Source of the DNA: Takakia lepidozioides
Lineage: Eukaryota; Plantae; Bryophyta
Reading direction: 5' to 3'
NCBI GenBank assembly: GCA_030704615.1
Contig: CM060731.1
Location: 5,704,001 to 5,768,000 of the forward strand
DNA length: 64,000 bases
Of this stretch, positions 38,626 to 51,479 are shown piece by piece. The notes under the pieces were generated by a model, which was not told the DNA's origin, did no database searches, and worked only from the letters and a program-made list of their open reading frames with translations. How positions within the stretch are numbered: position 1 is the first letter of the stretch; every line of letters starts with the position of its first letter. The position numbers and the translations under genes were made by a program.

Positions 38626-41600
38626 TTAGATCTAGAGCTATTATACAATAGAAGCTGACAGGTTTCTCATATCAGGCCTTCCCCTTGCAACACGTGGTTC
38701 GTGATCGACCGACCTTGAGTTACTCCAATCCTATTTGAAAGAGACTGTCCCCTACATTGTGGGTAATAAGAGAAACTATCCCTCTCTTTCTCCATACGAG
38801 GCGCAAAAGTGCTTAGTCTTCGTAGTATGGGGAGTCAATCGATTCTGTGCGCAGTTCCAGATCCTTAAACGCTACACGCAGTGCTTTCCTTTTGCAACAC
38901 GTGGCTTCGGTGTCAAACCAATCCAACAACTCAACGCTTTTATCCTCTCCAAGCCTGATTGATCAAAGAGTATGGTGGGAGATAAAGACCGCGAGCCCGA
39001 ATTAATCGATCCAACTTGTTAGTACGAGGCCTGATTCATGAAACACGTGCTGTTTGGCCTTCATACTTGTGCAGAGAGTCACTCTCAAATTAAGACATTT
39101 TCCGTGCAATACTGGAGCTGCAGCCTGCAATGATAGCACTAGCAACTCAAGGACTCAACATCCAAGCTTGCTTGAGAGAGATGTCCCTTACACACTTGCC
39201 ATGGGGGACAAATAATGTGAACTAATCTGTCCAAGTCCTGGGTACTGAGCCTTACACGTGCTCAGCATGCATACTCTTGGGAGTCACTCTCAAATGAAGG
39301 CCAGCTTTCCATGCGATATAGGAACTCAAGCTTGCTCCTTTGAGGCACTGTCAGCACCAGTACCCAATTACTAGGTTGTTCTTGGCTCCAAATCATACAC
39401 CAGATCTGTTGGAGGGATGATCATACTCAAGTTTGTTACTAAGAGGAACTATCAATATAATGCAGCTTCACGTTCTGTTTGTCCGAGGCCTCCGTTGTGC
39501 AACACATTACACACCAGCGCAGATAGTCAACATTAATATCGAACTTGTCCTCTTGTTGTCTTCATCCACCGATGGTCTTTGCAAAATCAATTTACTTTGC
39601 AGAGTTTAAAACAGCTGCCTGCGTTGCCGCAGGTGGGTCAGTTTACAACGCCTTAATTGATATCACAACTCAAACTACAACTGCCGCAGAGAGACTAAAT
39701 GCCGTCGTTTGATGCAGAAGCTCTAACGTCATTCCCGCCCCTTGAAATCCCAAAAGACTACTGCTCATCAACACTGAAGGTTTGCAGTAGACTGCATGCC
39801 CGCTTTTTGATGTTGGTCTTTGGAAAAACACTGCCACTTCATAAATGGCTCGTATGCCCTTGGCTTCCAGCCCAGTCTTGTATCTGACATACTACACACT
39901 CTTAAAGGCCAAGCAACATACTACCTACACTTTATAGGTCAAATCATTTGTCATAATAATGAGTACCAAATTAAGGAAGCCACTAAATGGAATATTAGGA
40001 AACCAGGCCCAGATTGAGAGGAAAAACCCTCAGCTAAGTTACAAAGCGGATTAAGTTTCCCTTATCATCACTCTTACGAACCCCCTGAGAGGGCACAGTG
40101 TTCCTCCTATGGACTATTTTTCCATCTTTGCTTTGGACTGCAATAATCTAAAATGTTGGGACCTCATTTCAAGCAGAGATCATCACATGGGGAAACAGGT
40201 GTTTTTGCAGAAATGTAGACACAATGGGGATCTTTGCTAGGTAAATTATAATTTTAAACTAAAACTAAATTCAAAGTAACTAACTCTGTGGCCTGGGAAG
40301 TAACAAGTAACCCCAAAAACTAACATCTACAGATGACTAACATTTTTTAACATAAAAAGAGGTTATGAATAATTGAAACGACGGTTAGCTATGCAACAAC
40401 AAACCGTCCAGTACTGGTAGAGTGATAACGGCCAGAGGTCGCAAAAATAAGATTTTGTTTATCACTTATCCCCTCCACATTGATCAAATGCACCACTACA
40501 AATAATCTACATTGCGGTATACTTACAATCTTCATCTGAAGACTTTTTGGTCAGGGGGTGGTATCCCCACAGTAAGCCTTCGTGGCCCGGGGTGGTTATT
40601 TTTTCCACTTCTTTGTACCTTCATCCATCCATTAATAAATTCCCAGGGCCACTGTCCCCTGTTCTGTAAATTTTATAAGAAAAAACTTGAATTAAGGAAA
40701 TAAGTGAGGAAAAGAATTAGATTTTCTTACATTGAAATATTATTTAAAGAGTATGGCATTAAAAAGCTCACATGGACCTGTAACTTTTGTATTAGGATCT
40801 ACCCTAATATATGCATACAAGGTTGTTAGTTGTTAGTTGTTAGTTGTTAGCTTGCTATTATCGTGAATCTGAGGTTTTCCTTAGACTGGCCCCCGGTGGC
40901 ATGTCTAGGGTGTTACTCATCTGTCAAGCTATAAGCTATGACCACCTGTCATGGTTGTTTTCTCCACAAATAATATGAGTATGAATTGCAGGGCCTCCGT
41001 CCTCCCAAATTTTTAATCCCTTCTCTTTTATCAGGGTCGTTTGGTGAAAGAGGGAGTAAAATTTGTTAACATCCAACATCAAATAAAAAATAAAAATGGC
41101 AATATCAAACCTGATGCCTGAGAACAATGTTTCTGCTGTGGATGCCAACACAGTCTCTTGAACAAGCCTCATGGGAGGGCCTTCAAAAAACAACTAAGAG
41201 TGAGATATCATCCCATTAGTATAAAAGAAAAACAACTTTCATGCCTCTCTATGGCTGACACCTATTTCCAATGGAAGGTTCAGACTACATTTACATCAAT
41301 AAACTGGTTACATGTTTTGATGCAAAATGGCTTCATCTTGGACCCCAGTAGCATCTGACATCAAGAAGTGAGTGAACGCACGACAATGATGGTATAGTTC
41401 ACTACTACAACTGGCCTCTGGATTTCTATATACACATGTATCATGTAGAGTTCTTAATCCTTCCATCAACCACACATCAGTTGAGTTATTCAAGCCGGCA
41501 ATCTGGCCTGTAGTAGGTAACCCACAGAAAGAGGGAGACAGACAGCTAGGCTTAAACATTTGTCTCTACTGACCCTGAACAATGGATTCACCAAGAGTCT

Positions 41601-42392
41601 TGAAAGGTGGAGGTGTCATGTCAGAGTTCTTTAATCAGTCTCTCAACCACACACATCAGTAAAGTTATTCAAGCAGGTGACCCAAAGAAAGAGGGAGCCA
41701 GACACCTAGGGCTTGATCGGTCTCTCTACCTAACCGCAAGAATGGATTTACCAGCAGTCTTCATTATCACCTGTCTTTTTGTATCTTTTGGACAAATGAA
41801 AAAGAACTCAGGGAGACACCTCTAATACATGCTTCTCCCAATTCCGACTCCACCTCAATCTGATCACATATTTCCCAAACTGTCAGAATGGATGCTTACA
41901 GGGGTTTTCAGTTAAACACACCTTACCTCTAACTGAAACGTGCATAGGCCTAATTTTCTTGCTATGGTACAGATTTTTCAAACAGTCCTAAACCTAAACT
42001 CTCTCCACACTCGGCCATCTGATGGGGCTTTTTCTTCCCCTTATTAGTGATGCCCTTTGGCAGGTCCCATTGATTCATTCCTACTGTTGAAAGCCTCTCT
42101 CCACCCAAGACTCTTGCTAGGAATGGAATTTGCAGATGGTGTGGATCAAGAACATCCTCTTTCACACGTGCTTTTCAGTTATCCACCATGTCTCTTGACA
42201 CGGAATTACACTCTCTTCATCTATGCTTATTCTCTAAAAACTTCTACTGTATATTACAGAGTAACCCACATCACATTGGGCATCTTGGATCCTGATATCC
42301 AATCTGACAGCTTATAGGAAACAAAGAAAGACACACAAGAGAGACCTCAACCCTCCACTTTGGGGAAGAGGGCAGGCTGAGGGGAGTGTAGC

Positions 42393-42576
42393 AGCTAAAG
42401 ATGGTCAACTTTCTGTGCAGAATTTCATAAGCTACTGTGCAGGCTGCCCGAAATCTTCCCAGGATAAATAATACTACAGGGAGAGCTAAAGATGGTCAAC
42501 TTTCTGTGCAGAATTTCTTAAGCTACTGTGCAGGCTGCCCGAAATCTTCCCAGGATAAATAATACTACAGGGAGAG
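42393..42576. repeat. ~91-bp tandem duplication downstream of the GSTH stop
   Basis: agctaaagatggtcaactttctgtgcagaattt...aataatactacagggag twice; ccactttggggaagagggcaggctgagggga occurs on both sides. Confidence 0.85.
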
Positions 42577-42830
42577 ACATGAGAGAGACCTCAACTCCCA
42601 CTTTGGGGAAGAGGGCAGGCTGAGGGGAAGAGTAACAAGATTGTTGACTTTCTATACAAAATTTCTTAATGTATCTGCAGCTTGCACAAAATCTTCCCCG
42701 TAAACTATAGGATAGCCTATTATTTTGTGTAGGCTGCACGGAATCTTTCGAGTATAAACAAAGACGCCAAGAGGACATAACTCGCACACTGGACGAAGTG
42801 AGACTGTTCTCCCAGGCAAGAAAAGGATGT

Positions 42831-45650
42831 TTACCCTCCAGCAGCATTGTCCAGTCTTGCGAGTACTGGCATCCTCTCCTGGGCCACTCTCCAAACAGAC
42901 TCAAAGTCATCTGCAGCATTCCTTAAAACATTGGCTGTTTTTGTAATAAAAGAGTTTCCTGCTCCCTCAGACGAACATTGCATTACCCCTAGGTATTGCT
43001 GAATTTCATGAGGCTGCAACCCTTGAAGCAAATAAGGTAATAAATTTGCATGGGAGGACTCCATCGTTGCTAAGCACTGCCCCACCACTGCTTCTTGTTT
43101 CTTGCTGCCAAGGCCCACCCCTTCAAGCAATGGCAGCAGATCTTTCTCTTCTTCGTGATAATGTTCCACGCTATATGTCTGCTATCATTTTAATTGACAG
43201 CGCACATCAGTGTTAGAAATGGTGAGCCCTCCCTCTTATTTTCTCGAATAATCCTCTCAACATGCTTGTCCTCAGTTATAGGACAAACTCTTTCTACTGC
43301 TGTCCAAAATATCAGGTCGATCCCTTAGCTCGCATATTTCTAAGAGATATCTCTTCAGAAGCTATAGATGCCACAAAGTAGAACTCCATTGACAACAGCT
43401 GACAATGCAGTGTTAGAAATGCTGAGCCCTCCCTCTCTCTGTCTCAAATACTCAACTCTACATGCTTGTCCAAAACTGTAAAAACAACTCTTTCTGCTGC
43501 TACCCAGCAGATCTGGTTGGTCCCTGAGGTCACATACTTATAAAAAAACATCTATAGAAGTAACAGTAGTACACTTGTAAAAATGAAGGGAGAGTAGACT
43601 TTTTAAGGGACCCAAACGTAGTGCAGACAAGCATTGAGGGGTGGCCGTTTACTTGAGAACAAGATATTTGATTCAAGTGAGGTCCAGACTTAAAACTATT
43701 GACTTGGCAAAAGGCTAGCTACTGACCTGGAGGGTGTGCAAACGAATGGCAAGAGCCAATAGAGCTTCAAAGTACATAGCACTGCCTGGTTTCATAGCCA
43801 TGAGCCCCTTTATGTCCTCCCGAATCCCATTCATCAATGGCAAGTCTCGTGCATGGTCTCTGAGTGCTGCCTCACTCAACCCTATAGTAAAAGAAACTAG
43901 ACAGTAATTCAGTGATTGAAATCGCACAACACTTGCACATAGCAGAAAGTGCAGGGCCGATGTATATTCACATGATCATAATCGGTGTACTCAAAGATCA
44001 AGAGAAAAGAAAGAAAGAAGTTTATATATGTCAAAGTAAGACCCAAAAAGACAGAGGACACAAACCTACAACCATCAAAAAGAGAGAGAAAGACGGTCAA
44101 CATGGGAGTCAAAGCCAGCTTCTCTTGCAAAAGAAGCTTTTGGACTAGAGACAGAGACAGCTCAGCAAAGAGCATTGCAGAGATGAAGGTGTTTGTTACC
44201 GGTGTCAGCCTTCTCAAGTACAGGAAAGATAATCCTCTCCTCCATCTGTGCATGCTCTTGCATCAACTCCAAAAGATGTCCATAGCCTTTCCAAAGTGCT
44301 CGAATTTGCATCCCAACTGTCCCTTTCAAAGGATCTACTGCTGTTGCTCCAGATGTGGCCACCGCCAGCCCATCCGCAAGCTCCACAAGTCCCCCCAAGT
44401 GCCAAAGAATACTATGGTGCTGCAGCATGCTCATGACTACAACTGGCGGTGGTGCCCTTTCCAACAAGGTTTTAGCCACTGCTGTCTTTAGAAGGTCATA
44501 ATCTAACTTCACAGGATTATAGCTGGGGAAAGACTGCATGGTTCGGCTATAAGAATGGAGGTTTGAGTGCTCAGAACTCATTTTGAGCCCACGAAAATAT
44601 GTGAGAAGATCAACCAGAGCAAGGAATGGAACTAGGTAGACATCTGCGAGGGTGAATTGAGGCCCAAAGAAATAGGGACCCTCCCTTCCATGTTCCCAAA
44701 TACCACTGTCCAGTCTTGCAAAGGCAGCATTCAGCTTTGGCTCCAATTCTTGTTGAACAAATGGGTTCCCATCATACAACAGCTGCCCAATGAGGGGTGT
44801 GAAAGTATCTCGTATGTACATCACCCACAGCTGCACCTGCTTCTCTATATCACCGGGAACCAATGGCGGACCCTCAATGGCCTCCTCAATGTAGTCTAAA
44901 ATGGCATCGCTTGATCCACTGAGCGTATGGTTACCATGCTGCAGCACAGGGATTTTTCCATTGCGGCTGACCGTTGCTAATAACTCGAGCTTGTGGTTGT
45001 TCAAGTCATTGAGGCTCAACCAGGTAGGCTCCACAAGCACACCCTATGAGCAGGGCACAAGCAAAATGAGCTTTCTGTAACAACATGAAGACATTTCCCT
45101 TGTGATTTTGTATTTCATGGACCTGAATAATGTGAAGGCATCTACTACTACTGCGGGCTTGTGCTCAAACCTAGTCAGTTCAAACTGCAGCACAAGAGTG
45201 CATAGAAGAGTTATTCTAATTTCTATGAATAAGACCTGACACAAGGCACCCTGCAAAGTAGATTGGATGCATTCACTGAGAGAATGCAACCTCTGGTAAA
45301 TGCAACACTCACAGGGGAAACCAAGGGTAATTGCAGCTCAAAGTGAGCCCATGGTGAATGAATAATCCTCTGTTACCGCCAATTGAAACTTAAAACCAGC
45401 TTCCTCAAAATCTTAGGTGACACAAGATTTCCCATTATACTGCAGGTCATGCTAATCTTACCTTATGCTGCAGAGCAATTCTTATACGCAGTGTGAATGG
45501 GCACAGCATATCTCCAAATAATTGCACGCCTCCATTGTCTATGTCTTTGTGTGTGGGAGAGGCCCAATCAGGCACCACTGCAGAAGGTTTGGGAGTTTCA
45601 ACATTGCTCTTTTGTCCAAGCCTCTCATGCTTTCCTAGACACGCTCCCAT
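42831..45650 (-). CDS. GSTH: Hemerythrin-class glutathione transferase (GST-N, GST-C, hemerythrin domain), 4 exons
   Basis: CPF motif (LCPFTLRIRIAL), GKIPVL cis-Pro loop, GPYFFGPQFTLADV, hemerythrin motifs EHAQMEERIIFP and EHYHEEEKDLLP. Exons 45650-45462, 45043-44200, 43881-43727, 43178-42831. Confidence 0.9.
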
Positions 45651-48600
45651 AATTTCTTCTTCTCTTGCTTCACAGCGGCCTCTTGATCTCTCATCAATAA
45701 GAGCATGCACGAATGTGCATGTTAATCTTGCATTGGACTCGCTGATAGGTGCAAATGGTTGGATGCAGGCCTGGTAGAAACCTCTCTTTCTTTTGCAAAA
45801 AACAGAAATCCTCTATAAATTGCAAGTCCTCCCGTCATATGATGCTTGATACCTGAAGCAAAGCTGATGATCAACTTCTCCTTAGAGGGAGAATTTCAGA
45901 CCTCCAGAAAAAACTCAGCCTGTGCTTTGAATTTGTCATTCGTTCTCATGGAGTCCAACATATTTGAAGCGAAAATAATATTGCTCACTACTCTCCTATG
46001 GTTGGATCATAAGTCCAAAATTAAGCAGCATCCCTCCAGCCAGGGACGAATGCACATCACTCCGTTCTGCCGGGCAAGTAATGCGGCTGCAGAATACCCT
46101 CGGAGCTGTACTCAAAGCCCACTATCGGCTTCAATTGTAACATTGTGGCTTCCAGAAACTGTCACCCTGCCACCAAGCTGCCATGCAAAGCTAATCGGTC
46201 AACGAGACTCTCACGTTGAAGTTTTATTTGAATGCTTTCTTCAGTCTAGAACGCTGTGGGGCCGCACTACTGTAATCCAAAACAATACTGTCGCTGTTCT
46301 TTGGGCTCTCTCTCTCTAGGGCCCTTTGCCTCAAATTTGTTCTTTTTCCCTCTCTCATCCGTAGAAATCCAGCGCTTGCTTGTATCGTTTTGATAGTTTT
46401 CCACGTCTATGTCTGTAGTTGGAAGGCAGACACTCAAGTATCAGTCCACTGTATGAATTAAAAATCAGTTCTTCCCAAAGATAAATGCAGCAGAGGGACG
46501 GAGAGAGAGAGAGACAGATTTCAATACAGCTTGAGAAAATTACAAGAGCGACTGCTGAACACAAGGATCGCACAATCGTAACTGGCTTGCTGAATTGACC
46601 ATCCGACTTGCCAATTATGTTTGCGAATATCTTCATTGTGTTTCGATTAACAGAATGAGTTTTAGTGTCAGAACACAAAAGCGAAGCACAACAAAAGGAC
46701 TGATGACCGTGCAAATACTTGTGCACAATCGTCACCATCGCTTGTGGCATCCATTAATATCATAACCACTGTATACATAAAACTTTAATTGAAAAACGAA
46801 GTTCTCGACAGGAACCACCACCGAAGTTCAATCAAAAGTGAAAAAAGAGTTCAGTTGCCAGATTCTCAGAAAGGCGTACATAAAAAGAAAGAAAAATGAA
46901 TGAAAATGAGTTAATTATTTATCGATTGGTAGGCGGTTTATAGTCAATGAGAAACATGACTGGTAAGTAAGCAAAAAATCAATCAATCGGAGAACCTACT
47001 CAGAGGCCTGCAAGACTCAAGGAGTGAGAAAAATGAGTACGGGCGAACCGGCCTCTGCCTCTCAATCCAAACTCGGAGTCACAGTCAGAGTAGGTTTAAT
47101 TCGTTCTGTGGGATCTGAAGCTCTTGGGAACAAGAAGTACCGAGCGAGAGACACACTTGCGATTTGCAATTGCCTATGCTCAGAGAGAGAGAGACTTCAC
47201 TTCATTGATCAAATTGGGCATCCTCAGTAGCGACCCTCACAATAAACGTAATAACCTAATCAGGGAAAATGTACTCGTAAGACGTTGATTGCCGGGACGT
47301 TGTGGCCATAGACCCCCGCGCCAGTTTTGGAGGAACAAAAGGGAACACACACGACCGTTGAGGGGCTCACTCCAGTAGTTTGACTTACCTTGGTAAAAAC
47401 AACTGGTTCGGGCTTTCCCGATTTCCTCTAGCCCTTCACACAAGCATCAATCTGCCATGGTGAGCTCCCCAGCAATTAGACCCCAACAGGACCGGGGGTA
47501 TAGGCTCCGCCTCGAGATTTTGAAAGTTGATGAACAGAGGTGCAGGGACTCCGTTCTTGATTGTACTTAAGAGAGTCGCTCCCTGATGGGAATACCCGGA
47601 CATCGTATCAGATATGGATCTCGTCTTCAGGACTGCAGGGAGAGAGAGATTCTAAGGATGCTTACTGGATCTCAAATTCAATTACGTTTGATTCTGAGAG
47701 AGAGAGATCACAGAGCGAGAAAGTTAACAACTTCAAGAGTCCAGAGTGCAACAAAGAGGAAAAAGATAACGCAAGAATTACAGAACGAATTTCCATACAG
47801 TATACTCAGCTTGAAAATCTGCTTAATTATGAATCTTACGATTCAGAGAGGTGTGACAGACTAAGGATACAGACTACGGACACCAAGAGTCCAGAGTGAA
47901 GCTAAGAGAAAAGAGCCTGAAAAGAGATAACGAAAGACTTACAGAACGAATTTCCAGGCAGGATAGGTACTCGGTTTGAAATTCTGCGGGAAATCGGGAA
48001 GAGTGCGGCACTGTAGGGAACATCCCCCTGTGAATTACCGACTAAACGGAGAAAGAAAAATTGATAGACTGCGATGTTTCACCTTGAAAACCACAGGTAA
48101 AGATAATCTTGAAGAGAACTCAGCGGACATAAATCATAGAGGAGAATTCAAATACAATCTCCCTGGATGTACAGAGTATACAAACAGTAGCTTGCGATCG
48201 CAGATAACTTTCAGATTCCGCATAAATCTCACTGGACATCGGAACACAGACTGCCGAGGAGAGGGAGAGAAGGTTTCGCCATTTATCCCGCAAAACATTG
48301 AATTGAGCGGTGGCCGAGTAACGCCAATAAGTCGTCTCCTTCCACATCGCCCGGATACACACAACGCAAGGCCCTGCATCCATTGCATCCACGCCACGTG
48401 GGAGAGACGGCCTCGATTTTAGAACGAGCTTGCGTGCCATGGCAGTGCGCTCTCCACCACCTTCGGATGCGCAGCCCGGTGCAGCCACCCCCATGACTGC
48501 TCCTCACTCCGATTATTAGGGTAACCGCCGGGCCGTGGGCATCAACCGGCACCCTGCCAGCTGACTCTTATTATACATTTTTGGGTATGCAGTTGCGGGC

Positions 48601-49116
48601 AAACATTATGGGATAATGCTGACCCGTTAGTGGATATTTTTTAAAGGGCCCGCAATGGGTTGAATGGGTCAATTGATTCTTATTCCGGGGCCACTTTGGA
48701 ACCTTCCCCTCCCTACATGTTATTGCATGACATGAACACTTGGCAGACTTTGGAATCAAAGAAGAGCACGTCGCAGTAACGAGGTCTTAGTGATGAGAGA
48801 AGGAGCCGTTGCAGCCCTGCACTAACTTACAGCACCCACACACAACGACTACATTTGTGTTCGCTGTAATAACTCATACTGCTCACCCAATTCTTCAGAC
48901 ATGAATGATTCTTTCTTTCTTCCAGTCTGATGATGATGATATTGTTGCCTTCCCAATACCAACTCTGAGAGCGGAGTCCTTTGTACTGTCAGTGACGTCA
49001 CAGCTTTGGTTAGATATGTGTTCAAATATAACTTGCATTGAACAGAAATAAAAATGTCGATAATTTTACACTATAAAAACCATCTATCTTAAAAAAAATA
49101 AAAATAAAATAAAAAA

Positions 49117-49348
49117 CTTTTTTTCTTTTTTTTTTCTTTTTTTTTCTTTTAAAGCGACCTGCTCACAATTCATGCCCTTGAGGAGGGGGAAAAATTAACC
49201 CCCTTTCACATAAGCCATTAGGCACATAGGTGGGAAACGCCACCACCAACCGGTCACAAACGATCCACACACCAGGCAGGGCAGCGGGTTTGAACCCCAA
49301 ACCACCAGGACAACACACTGTGCACTTACCAGCTGAGCTACCAGCTGC
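49117..49348 (-). mobile_element. tRNA-derived SINE with clear Pol III boxes
   Basis: Minus strand gcagctggtagctcagctggtaagtgc (box A)...ggggttcaaaccc (box B); poly(A) tail seen as a T-run at 49117-49150. Confidence 0.75.
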
Positions 49349-49381
49349 TGTGCTTATATTTCAATATGGAAACCAAAAACA

Positions 49382-50415
49382 AACTAGGGCTTCGCGTTGC
49401 TCCGCACTACTAGCGACAACTTCTCATAACTATGTTCAATTTTCACAAAAAGGGCTGGGTCATCCCCATGGTGTTCCATACATACACCCCGTATATTCAT
49501 TGTTTTTCGGAAGAAGAACAGAGGAGTGAGCAGTGTTGCTAAAGCTATCATGTTATTTTTATTTTTCAAAGAAAAGAGGGCCGAAATTCTGCTGGTCCCT
49601 CCCCTTGGGCATCCCCAAAGTTTGACAAGTTTGATAAAGATTGCCACTAAGACTAAGTTGCACCATAGGTAGACACCTAAGACTTTCAAAAGAAAAAAAT
49701 GGAAAAAAAAAAGGAAAAAACTGGAAGCTACTTCTCACACATCATGCCCTTCATTATAGTGAGGGGAAAATAACCTCTTTGATAGATAAAGGTAAATTTT
49801 CCTTAATGTCCAATGAATCTACAGAGCCTACTGCTCAACACAGCCCATCGAGAGGCCAATGGTCGGTTTGAAGGCACATGTTGAAGGATTGAACCCAAGA
49901 TCACTACCTGAGCACAAGGCTCAAGGGACCCCGGGGGTTGGGGAGAAGATCATACCACCCCCCACAAGGTTGATTTTTCTTTATATATATACGGCAACTC
50001 GTATTAAATCAAGGGACATAACCTTGGGAGAACTTTAAGGCCTTACCAGAAGGTGGGTAACAAACCCTTGGGAAAGATATTTTTTAGTCCGGTAGGTGAA
50101 ACAGCTGTCTGGAGTGTTTTCTGGCTGTTGTATTTACCCGGAGTTTACCAGTAGTCCCCACAAGAACACACCCCATTGTTGAAGTGATGAAAGCAGATGG
50201 CATCCCTTGCAATAATTTCTCGTGCAACCATTTTGGATATCAACTTGGTGGCAGTGTGGCAGTCCCTACATACACACGTAGGTTTTTAATGATGCGGATA
50301 GGGTCCCAGGGGGTGTGCTAATGAGCCCAAAAGCAATGGCCTCCTTAATCTGCCAAGTCAATCTAGCATAGATCTCCTCTGCTCGTGGGTGAGATCTATC
50401 TCCAATGGCAAATGT
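49382..50415 (-). mobile_element. Third tail of the Helentron-like family with the same SINE and DYW cargo (paralogue of 3722-4530)
   Basis: Tail motif at 49382-49455; 49662-50415 near-identical to 3799-4530; DYW relic with stop at 50145-50147; no matching head found to the right. Confidence 0.8.
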
Positions 50416-51479
50416 ATAAGGTAGGCTGCCCTGATATGGTGAGCTGGTTGGGTCATGGTGTGGGGTTGTCTTGATATGGAGCTCTATAGAACACGGAACC
50501 ATAGGGTTCTCTGAGTTCTCTTTAACCTGGACAGGTCAGTTTCTACTCCCCTCCAAAATAGGGCTCGTAAGTGTCATAAATGGATAAAAACATTATCAAT
50601 AAAATGATTTTTGGATGACATTCTCAAAAACGTATTTTATCATCCAAAGAAATTATTGCCATCCATGCGACGTGTCACCTAGAGCGTGTTCCGAACAAGG
50701 ACATCTCAAATTCAAAATGGGTTCTAGAACCTTTCAGAACCTCCTTGAGGTGAAAAATAGAGATTCCTTAGGTTCCAAATGGATCAGTAAGGTGTTCTTC
50801 CACCATTCTCTAGTCCTCTACGTACAAACAGTCTTTGCTGGAGACATGCATTGGATTTTCAACATTAGACAATACTTTGAGGTACAAGCTTCACTAAACT
50901 CTCTTGCTTTTTGGTTGCTCTTTTGTAATTAACTTGTCAATGCTGCACTATAATCTGCCTTTTGCATATTTGCAAATCTGAACTGAATTATACTTGTGTT
51001 GCTATCATTCACTAAAAGGTTAGTGTGCAACAATATTGAGTGGACACATTGGTCATGCTTGCGCTTTGTTTTTTCTATTGCAGAATCACCAGTAGACTGC
51101 AACCATGGCCTCTCCACCATCGTTTAGTCTAGGGATCTCTTCCATGCCATCTGGGACATTACACATTCCAAGATAGTCAAGAGGACAGCCAAGAGTTTGA
51201 CATAAACACATTTCAGTTTGCTCAATCTCAAAACCCCTCTTATATTCCTTTGCAAGACATTACCAACTTGCCCAATGCTTCTCCCAATGTTGAGATCACC
51301 TATCTCTACTTGTTCCCAACCTTTGCGTCCTCAACCTGCAAGGTTCAACCCTCATCATTTTCAGCCAACAGAATCTCAACATCCTTGTCCCTCTCCACAA
51401 CTAGCATGTCAACCTCCCTCAAACACCCAACCTACCAATAGAGATAGACGACCTCTTCATTCTCAATTCCAAATTCCAA

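Noticed and set aside
49280-49348. tRNA gene
   Set aside because: A and B boxes are present but no full cloverleaf; it continues into a SINE body and poly(A) tail.
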